Shown: in pieces, positions 56,190 to 64,000 of the stretch
Position numbering within the stretch: position 1 is the first letter of the stretch
How the letters are laid out: each line of letters opens with the position of its first letter
Source of the DNA: Planctomycetota bacterium
GTDB lineage: Bacteria; Planctomycetota; UBA8742; UBA2392
Length of the DNA: 64,000 bases
Reading direction: 5' to 3'
Assembly (NCBI GenBank): GCA_015075515.1
Contig: JABTUE010000002.1
Coordinates: 777,088-841,087 of the forward strand
Notes under the pieces: model-generated
Told to the model about the DNA's origin: nothing
The model's database searches: none
Seen by the model: only the letters and a program-made list of their open reading frames with translations
Made by a program: the position numbers and the translations under genes

Positions 56190-57686
56190 TCAGTCGTGGC
56201 GCAAGGCGCGCACCGGGTCAATCCGCGCGGCGCGCCGGGCAGGCAGAATCGCCGCCAGAATCGCCGTGCCCGTGCCCAACGCCGGCCCGGCAACCATCAG
56301 CCACAGCGGCAGCACGAACACCGGCTGGTCAAACGGAATCGCGGCCTTTTCGTTGATCAGCCGCACCGCCAGCAAATCACCCGGAATCATCGCCAGCGCC
56401 GCCAGCGCCAGACCCAGCAGCCCGCCGACCAGACCGATCAGCGCGCTTTCGCACAGAAACACCGTCATCACCTGGCCGTTGGTGGCGCCCACGGCCTTGA
56501 AGATGCCGATCTCGCGGGTGCGTTCAATGACGCTGGTGATCATGGTGTTGACGATGCCCAGCGTGCTGACAATCAGGGCGATGCCGGTCAGAAACGAAAT
56601 GCTGACGGTGATCATCAGCAGCACGCTTTCGATCTGTTTCAGCGCGCTGGCGACAGAAAACGCCGTGTAACCCTTGTCGCGCAGGGCCTGTTCGACTTCC
56701 GGCGCGAACTCGGCGTCGGTCACGGTCACCAGCGCGCGCGGGTAACCCAGTTCGATGTTCACCGCGCTGGCCAGAAACAGCTCGCGCGCGGTTTCCTGGG
56801 GCAGAAACAGGTCGGCCTGCACGGCGTTGCCGTCCTCAATCACGTTGAAGGGGTCGCCCGGCATCTGTTCGCGCAGCACGCCCACCACGGTGAACTCGCG
56901 CTCGGCGGCGCGGCGCTGGGTGGTCTGGCCCAGTTGCTTCAGCAGCTTGGGCAACAGCGTGTTCATGGCCTTGCGTTCTTCGTCGGTCAGGTCGCGCATG
57001 AAGTCCTGCAGCATCGGCGGGGCCTGCTGTTCGGGCGTCAGTTCGGTCTGGATTGTCTTAAGCTTCACTTTCCGGCCGATCACGGCGGCGTAATCGCCGT
57101 CGGTCAGCATGCCCCACCGGTAAAGCAGGTACTCATGCACAATCGCCTCGGGGGCGGCCGGGCCGCTGAAGTAGCTGCCGGCGATCACGCGGTCGGCGTA
57201 GCGCCGGCGCCCGACATCCACGCCGTAGCTCAGGGTGGCCGGCGACTCGTGGCCGTTCAGTTTCATTTCATAACGCTCGACAATCACCGGCGCGATGCTT
57301 TCCACATGCGGCAGTTTCGACAGTTCGGTGATCGTGCGGTCGTCAATGGCGTTGGCGCGCCGGCCCGCAACCTGGCGGATCTGGCGGCGGTTGACGGCGG
57401 CGCGCCGCAGGCGTTCGCGCCGCGCGTCGTCCATTTCGCCCGCGATCTCGATCTCGGACGGGTCGTTCGACAGCTCAATGCCGAAGCCGCCGGTCAGGCC
57501 GACCTGGCGCAGGTTGTCGGTACCGCTGACAGTGCTGGTGACGGCACGGCTCAGGCCCTGGCCCAGCGAAACAATCAGCGTCAGGGCAAACACGCCAATG
57601 AACACGCCCGAGGTGGTAAGGAAGTTGCGGCCCTTCTTGCGCAACAGGCCTTCCAGGGCCAGCCAGATCATGCCGCGCAGGTTCAT
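56190..57686 (-). CDS. ABC transporter permease, FtsX/MacB/LolE family
   Basis: 498 aa. One N-terminal transmembrane helix, a large periplasmic domain and a C-terminal FtsX-like 3-TM domain (…IGIFKAVGATNGQVMTVFLCESALIGLVGG…). Confidence 0.8.
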   Translation of the reverse strand: MNLRGMIWLALEGLLRKKGRNFLTTSGVFIGVFALTLIVSLGQGLSRAVTSTVSGTDNLRQVGLTGGFGIELSNDPSEIEIAGEMDDARRERLRRAAVNRRQIRQVAGRRANAIDDRTITELSKLPHVESIAPVIVERYEMKLNGHESPATLSYGVDVGRRRYADRVIAGSYFSGPAAPEAIVHEYLLYRWGMLTDGDYAAVIGRKVKLKTIQTELTPEQQAPPMLQDFMRDLTDEERKAMNTLLPKLLKQLGQTTQRRAAEREFTVVGVLREQMPGDPFNVIEDGNAVQADLFLPQETARELFLASAVNIELGYPRALVTVTDAEFAPEVEQALRDKGYTAFSVASALKQIESVLLMITVSISFLTGIALIVSTLGIVNTMITSVIERTREIGIFKAVGATNGQVMTVFLCESALIGLVGGLLGLALAALAMIPGDLLAVRLINEKAAIPFDQPVFVLPLWLMVAGPALGTGTAILAAILPARRAARIDPVRALRHD

Positions 57687-58366
57687 GCGCCACCCCGCGA
57701 CTCTTCGACAATGCGGCCGTCGGCCATGCGCAGAATGCGCCCGGCGTGGCGGCGCGCCAGTTCAGGGTCGTGCGTGACCATCACCAGCGACGCGCCCGAG
57801 CGGTGGGCGTCGGTGATCAGCGCCATGATCTGGGCGCTGGTGGCGCTGTCGAGGTTGCCCGTGGGCTCGTCGCACAGCAGCAGCCGGGGCCGGTTGGCCA
57901 GCGCGCGGGCAATCGCCACACGCTGCTGCTCGCCGCCGCTCATCTGCGAGGGCCGGTGATCGCCGCGCGCGCCCAGCCCGACCTTGTCCAGCATTTCCAG
58001 GGCCGCGCGCCGGCGCTGTACGCGGGGGACACCGGCAAACACCAGCGGCAGCGCCACGTTTTCCCACGCCGGCAGGGTCGGCACCAGGTTGAAGCTCTGG
58101 AAGATGAAACCGACCGTCGTGCGGCGATACAGGGAAAGTTCCCTGGCGCCCAGCGTTGCCAGGTCACGCTCGGCCACCAGAATCCGGCCGCGCGTGGGAC
58201 GATCCAGCCCGCCCAGCAGATTCAGCAGCGTGGACTTGCCCGACCCCGACCGGCCCAGCAGCGCCACAAACTCGCCGGTCTGAATGTCCAGGCTGACACC
58301 GGCCAGCGCGGCCACGCCGCCCTGGCTGTACTCGCGCCACAGTTCACGGGCGGTTACAAGAGTCAT
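57683..58366 (-). CDS. ABC transporter ATP-binding protein (LolD/MacB-type)
   Basis: 227 aa. Walker A GRSGSGKST, signature LSGGEQQRVAIARAL and Walker B LLLCDEPT. Overlaps the permease gene by 4 nt. Confidence 0.85.
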   Translation of the reverse strand: MTLVTARELWREYSQGGVAALAGVSLDIQTGEFVALLGRSGSGKSTLLNLLGGLDRPTRGRILVAERDLATLGARELSLYRRTTVGFIFQSFNLVPTLPAWENVALPLVFAGVPRVQRRRAALEMLDKVGLGARGDHRPSQMSGGEQQRVAIARALANRPRLLLCDEPTGNLDSATSAQIMALITDAHRSGASLVMVTHDPELARRHAGRILRMADGRIVEESRGGA

Positions 58367-58449
58367 GCGAACAACGCGGCCTCCGGCACGTTATTTCCTT
58401 GTACGGCGCACGGGTTTCAATGCCAAATGCGAACCTTGGGGGATAAACG

Positions 58450-58905
58450 ATGAGGCTGCGCGCCACATTCCTGTTGTTGCTGACCCTGGCCGCCTGCGGG
58501 TCGGGCGGCCCCAACGAACAGCAGAAAGAACAGCAGATGCAGGCCTCGGCCAGGGTGGCCGAGCGCAACCTGCAGAAAATCCGCGACGCGCTGCTGGCCT
58601 ACCACCGCAAGCACGGGTCGGTGCCCCAGAGCGTGGACGATCTGGCCGCCTTTGGCGCCGGGCCCGAACAACTGGAGCCCAGCGACGATTACGCCGACCT
58701 GGGTTACAGCTTTTACAGCCTTCAGTTCAACGGCGACGGCACGCTCAAGCAGGGCTGGCTGATCGCCTCACCCCGGGCCGACCGCGACGCCCTGCGCGTG
58801 CGCATGAACGCCGTCAACGGCGCCGTGGACTACACCAGGCCCGGCGAGGCCATGGACACCGCGCCGGGCGAACCCAAAACCGACCCGCCGGCCAACCGCC
58901 CGTAA
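58450..58905 (+). CDS. hypothetical lipoprotein
   Basis: 151 aa with a lipobox (LLLLTLAACGSGG). Confidence 0.55.
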   Translation: MRLRATFLLLLTLAACGSGGPNEQQKEQQMQASARVAERNLQKIRDALLAYHRKHGSVPQSVDDLAAFGAGPEQLEPSDDYADLGYSFYSLQFNGDGTLKQGWLIASPRADRDALRVRMNAVNGAVDYTRPGEAMDTAPGEPKTDPPANRP

Positions 58906-58937
58906 AGCAAAAAGGCCCCTTGCGGGGCCTTTTTTCT
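58906..58937. terminator. bidirectional intrinsic terminator
   Basis: AAAAAGGCCCC-UUGC-GGGGCCUUUUUUCUU, between the convergent lipoprotein gene and actF. Confidence 0.6.
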
Positions 58938-58951
58938 TGCCGCGTCGCGGC

Positions 58952-60196
58952 CTACAGGTGGTGGTGGACGCTTTCGTCAAAGAAGGGATCCTTGCGGGCG
59001 AAAAGCGGCGCGCCTTCCATGGCTTTCATCACGATGAAAAGGAACACACCGCTGAGAGCCAGCACCGGGCCCACCGTAAAGATCGTTTCCCACGGCGTGG
59101 TGCTGGGCACCGGCAGGTGGTGGTCGTTGAACACCGGCCGGGGCGCAACCCACTGCCACAGATCCACAAACCGGCCGGCCAGCACAACCAGCGCCGCGCC
59201 ACTGAGAATCTTGAGGTTGCGCTTGTGCGGGCGCGGCAGCAGCACCAGAAACGGAATGGCGAAGTTCAACAACGGGTTGAGGATAAAGCTGACCCAGAAC
59301 CACGGGCCGTTCCAGCGCACAAAGTAGTGCTGGGTTTCCTCGGGGATGTTCGAGTACCAGATCAGCATGAACTGGCAGAACCAGATGTAGGCCCAGAACA
59401 CACTGCTGGACAGCAGCCAGATGCCCAGGTTGTGGTAGTGGTTTTCGTTCACGTGCTCGCGCATGTGGCCGCCGGCGCGCAGCAGCACAAGCAGCAGCAC
59501 CAGCATGGCAAACCCGCTCTGGATAATCCCGGCAAACTGGTACACGCCGAACATGGTGCTGAACCAGGTGGGCTCCAGGCTCTTGATGTAGTCAATGCTG
59601 GCAAAGGTGACACTCAGGCCGAACACAATGCCGAACGGCGCGGCCAGCTTGCGCACCGCCCAGGTGTGCTTGAGGTCGCCGTCAACGTCCTGCGCCCGCG
59701 AATGACGCACCATCAGCCAGGTGAAGCCCGTCCACAGGCCGAAGTACAACAGGGTGCGCAGCAGCCACCCGGTCTTGTTCAGCCAGGGTTCCTTGTGGTG
59801 GATCAGTTCGGCGTGAAGGCCGCCGCCTTCGTGCGGCACGGCCCATTCGTACAGGTGGCCGCCCCACATCGCAAACGCCACCACGCCAAACGGCACAATG
59901 CCGAAGGCGAAGTAGCGCGTCATGGCCTCGGGCACGCGCTTGATCACCGCGGCCCAGCCGCCCGACGCCAGTGCGTTGATGGTCAGAAAGAAACTGGCAA
60001 ACAGGGCAAAACCCAGCACGTACCAGCTTCCCATCAGCCAGCCGGCCCAGGCCACTTCCTTGCCGAAGGCAAAGCTCAGGCCGAACAGCGCCAGCCCCGG
60101 CACCAGAAGCGCCCCGGCCGCGATCTTGGCAATCGCCGGCGCCACAAAGGCGGGCGGGGTCGCGGGCTGTGCGGGATGGGTTTCGGGGGTGGTCAT
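58952..60196 (-). CDS. actF: alternative complex III subunit ActF (NrfD-like quinol-interacting membrane subunit)
   Basis: 414 aa. A polytopic NrfD/PsrC-family membrane protein, positioned last in the actBCDEF order. Confidence 0.78.
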   Translation of the reverse strand: MTTPETHPAQPATPPAFVAPAIAKIAAGALLVPGLALFGLSFAFGKEVAWAGWLMGSWYVLGFALFASFFLTINALASGGWAAVIKRVPEAMTRYFAFGIVPFGVVAFAMWGGHLYEWAVPHEGGGLHAELIHHKEPWLNKTGWLLRTLLYFGLWTGFTWLMVRHSRAQDVDGDLKHTWAVRKLAAPFGIVFGLSVTFASIDYIKSLEPTWFSTMFGVYQFAGIIQSGFAMLVLLLVLLRAGGHMREHVNENHYHNLGIWLLSSSVFWAYIWFCQFMLIWYSNIPEETQHYFVRWNGPWFWVSFILNPLLNFAIPFLVLLPRPHKRNLKILSGAALVVLAGRFVDLWQWVAPRPVFNDHHLPVPSTTPWETIFTVGPVLALSGVFLFIVMKAMEGAPLFARKDPFFDESVHHHL

Positions 60197-60891
60197 GGCT
60201 GCCTGGCCTCCCGCTGTAATTTGCGCAGGTACTCAATCACGGCCCAGCGGTCGTCAATGTTCATGTGGCTGGCGTGCGCGGGCATGTTCAGGCGCCCGTA
60301 GGTAACGATGTGAAACAGCTCGCCGTCGGTGTAGCGGTCGGCCACCACCTTGTCGGCAATGCGCGGCGCGGGCATGCCGTAGGCCACCACCGGCGCGTTG
60401 CCCACGCCGTCCACGCCGTGGCAGCCCTGGCAGATATGCCGGAACACGTCCTTGCCGCGGGCGATGACGGCCTCGCGCTGGGCTGTGGTCATGGCCGCGA
60501 CCGGGTTGACCAGCAATTTCGATTTCTCGTACTCGTTTTCGGCCACGGGCGAGAAACGCTGGCCACGGTAGACCGTGCCCTCGGGCGGCTCGCGATCGGT
60601 GCGGCCGTCGGCAAAGGGGCTGTTGCCGTCGGCATCGGCGTACACCCTCTGGGACTCGGCGGCCTTGGAGACGCTCATGTCGGGAATCGGCTGGTACTCG
60701 ATGTTGCGCTTGCCGAAGTCGCGTTGCAGATAGCCAGCCACACCGCCGGCCAGCAGCGCGCCAACCAGCGCCCCGACGCCGATCCAGTAACGCGCGCCCA
60801 CCCTGCGGTGCAGGGCAACGGCCACGTCCTTGCACTTGTCAAGCTGACGCACCGCGACGTCAATGCCGCCATTGAGAACCTTGTCAATCAC
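60193..60891 (-). CDS. actE: alternative complex III subunit ActE (monohaem cytochrome c)
   Basis: 232 aa. N-terminal anchor and a single CxxCH (CQGCH). Confidence 0.78.
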   Translation of the reverse strand: MIDKVLNGGIDVAVRQLDKCKDVAVALHRRVGARYWIGVGALVGALLAGGVAGYLQRDFGKRNIEYQPIPDMSVSKAAESQRVYADADGNSPFADGRTDREPPEGTVYRGQRFSPVAENEYEKSKLLVNPVAAMTTAQREAVIARGKDVFRHICQGCHGVDGVGNAPVVAYGMPAPRIADKVVADRYTDGELFHIVTYGRLNMPAHASHMNIDDRWAVIEYLRKLQREARQP

Positions 60892-61446
60892 GCCGCACCT
60901 CCGGTGGCCGGCTCGTCGGCGGCGTTGTAGTGGCTGTCACGGTGGTGCATTTCTTCGGCATGGTGGCGGGTGAAAATCTCGCGCGCCTTCTGTTCGTTGA
61001 AGTTTTCGCCCTTCTTCAGCGCGATCACGAACTTGTCGTCGGTCTGGCCCTTGTGCAGCAGAAGCGCCTTCTTGCCCGGAAACAGCAGGCACATGGCAAA
61101 CATGCCCAGCATCGTGCACACGCCGCCGATCAGCACCGTAAGCTCGAACGTGATCGGCACAAAGGCCGGAAACGGCAGGGCTTCCTTGCCGCCCACGTTC
61201 AACGGCCAGTCCCACCACGACGCGTAGGTCATGCCCGACAGCGCGATTGTCATGCCCAGCGCGCCGAAACAGAACGTAACCCACGTAACCTTCGAAAACG
61301 GCAGGCCCATGGCACGGTCCAGACCGTGCACGGCATAGGGCGCGTACACGTCGTAGAACTCAAACCCGGCCTCGCGGCAGGCCTTTGTGGCCTCCAGCGT
61401 GTCGTCTTCGTCGCTGAACACGCCGCAGAACAGGGGAACAGGAGGC

Positions 61447-61454
<8 letters not shown>
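60888..61454 (-). CDS. actD: alternative complex III subunit ActD (DUF3341 membrane protein)
   Basis: 188 aa. Two transmembrane helices and the DUF3341-like N-terminus (PLFCGVFSDEDDTLEATKACREAGFEFYDVYAPYAVHGL). Confidence 0.75.
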
Positions 61455-62841
<1,387 letters not shown>

Positions 62842-62871
62842 AGCCTGCTTCCTGTCCTGCCGCCTTGACGG

Positions 62872-64000
62872 CTAATGATCATGCCCGTGGTCGTGCGTCT
62901 TTGTCACATTGGCCGGCTTGGGCGCGCGGTTGCGCACCTTGGTCAGGTACGTGACCGCCGGCCGGGTGTTGATTTCCGCCAGCAACTGGTAGTTCCGCGG
63001 ATCCTTGCGCAGCTTGGCCACGCGCGCGTCAGCGTCGTTGCCGTCGCCCACCACAATCGCCTGGGTCGGGCAACTGCTCTGGCAGGCGGTGCTGACCATG
63101 CCGTCGGCCAGCTTGCCGCCGTTGTGCAGCGCCGCCATCCGCTTGCCCTCGTACAGGCGCTGGGCGCACATGCTGCACTTTTCCATCACGCCCTGGGTAC
63201 GGATGCTGATGTCCGGGTTCAGCGCCAGGTTCATCGTCAGGTCGTTGTGCTTGTACGTGAACCAGTTGAAGCGCCGCACCTTGTACGGGCAGTTGTTGGC
63301 GCAATAGCGCGTGCCGATGCAGCGGTTGTAGGCCTGGGTGTTCAGGCCTTCCTCGCTGTGGATCGTGGCCAGCACCGGGCACACCGTTTCGCAGGGCGCG
63401 TTTTCGCAGTGCTGGCACATGATCGGCTGGAAGGCCGCCTGCGGGTTTTCGTCGCGGGTCAGGTTGCCGTCGTAAACGCTGCCGTCGTTGTCGTCGTAGT
63501 AGACGTCAATCCGGATCCAGTGCATCTCGCGCCGGTTGAGAACCTCTTTTTTGCCCACGATCGGCACGTTGTTTTCAATGCTGCAGGCCACGACACAGGC
63601 GTTGCAGCCGGTGCACTTGTTCAGGTCAACGACCATTTCCCACTTGTGGCCCTTGTATTCCCACTTGCGCCACAGGGTCAGGTCCTTGGGCGGAATCTCG
63701 TGCTCGTTGCCGGATTTGGGGTTGGCCTGCCACTGGCCCAGCGAGGTTTCCTTGATCAGCGGGCGGTCTTCCTGGCTGTCGTGTTCCTGGATACGGGCGA
63801 CCCTTTCCTTGCCGCCCGCGGCGCTGACAGATCCGAACACCACCTTGCCGCCGCGCGCCACAAACGGGTACGCGCTGGCGCCGATCGCCGCGCCCTCGGC
63901 CTGGTTGTAGGCCAGTTCCTCGGGGCCCATGCCGTGCACGATCTTACCGGCCTTGACCCGGCCGTAGCCCACGGCCACCGCGGCAACCTTTTCAGCCTGG
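62872..64000 (-). CDS. actB: alternative complex III subunit ActB, C-terminal Fe-S (4Fe-4S ferredoxin-like) part; gene continues beyond window end
   Basis: Multiple ferredoxin Cys clusters (CTGCNACVVAC, CQHCENAPCETVCP, CIGTRYCANNCPY, CSMCAQRL…CQSSCP). No start codon lies in the window; the molybdopterin-like N-terminal domain is outside it. Confidence 0.8.
   Translation of the reverse strand, partial: QAEKVAAVAVGYGRVKAGKIVHGMGPEELAYNQAEGAAIGASAYPFVARGGKVVFGSVSAAGGKERVARIQEHDSQEDRPLIKETSLGQWQANPKSGNEHEIPPKDLTLWRKWEYKGHKWEMVVDLNKCTGCNACVVACSIENNVPIVGKKEVLNRREMHWIRIDVYYDDNDGSVYDGNLTRDENPQAAFQPIMCQHCENAPCETVCPVLATIHSEEGLNTQAYNRCIGTRYCANNCPYKVRRFNWFTYKHNDLTMNLALNPDISIRTQGVMEKCSMCAQRLYEGKRMAALHNGGKLADGMVSTACQSSCPTQAIVVGDGNDADARVAKLRKDPRNYQLLAEINTRPAVTYLTKVRNRAPKPANVTKTHDHGHDH

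Overview
This is a 64 kb, high-GC (~67%) bacterial chromosomal segment with dense, mostly housekeeping coding on both strands. Long ORFs antisense to real genes are frequent here and are treated as high-GC artefacts.

Lineage clues point to Myxococcota. These are a MYXO-CTERM-like C-terminus (GC...TM helix...RRRRK) on a ~1200-aa secreted repeat protein, sigma-54-associated genes (hpf, a candidate -24/-12 promoter), a type IV pilin / PilX-like pair, and an alternative complex III operon (actB(partial)-C-D-E-F) at the 3' end.

Recognisable genes include:
- a glyoxalase-family gene
- enoyl-CoA hydratase and 3-hydroxyacyl-CoA dehydrogenase
- the birA–methyltransferase–redoxin operon
- mnmG
- 2-oxoacid dehydrogenase E1 beta
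- a MarR regulator
- inositol monophosphatase
- a CheY-like response regulator
- an M48 peptidase
- the truA–phosphoesterase–hpf–yvcK cluster
- a TrmB-family regulator
- phoH
- cdsA
- nifU/nifS
- an ECF sigma/anti-sigma pair
- an Na/Pi cotransporter
- an M61 peptidase
- glycerate kinase
- a MacB/Lol-like ABC transporter

The most interesting unexplained content is:
1. A MITE/REP-like ~165-bp interspersed repeat present twice (10421–10584 and 30337–30503).
2. A candidate sigma-54 promoter driving three tandem PAS-like domains plus a translationally coupled flavodoxin.
3. A pilin – tandem-MshEN (c-di-GMP-binding motif) zinc-ribbon protein – large PilX-like module.
4. A membrane-tethered ECF sigma fused to MORN repeats, preceded by a small Cys-rich protein with a histone-like lysine tail.
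5. A soluble SPFH/flotillin-like protein fused to a beta-propeller.
6. A NifU whose scaffold domain has lost two of its three cluster-ligating cysteines.
7. An orphan N6-adenine DNA methyltransferase with an atypical CPPF motif.

No CRISPR arrays, rRNA or tRNA genes were found.
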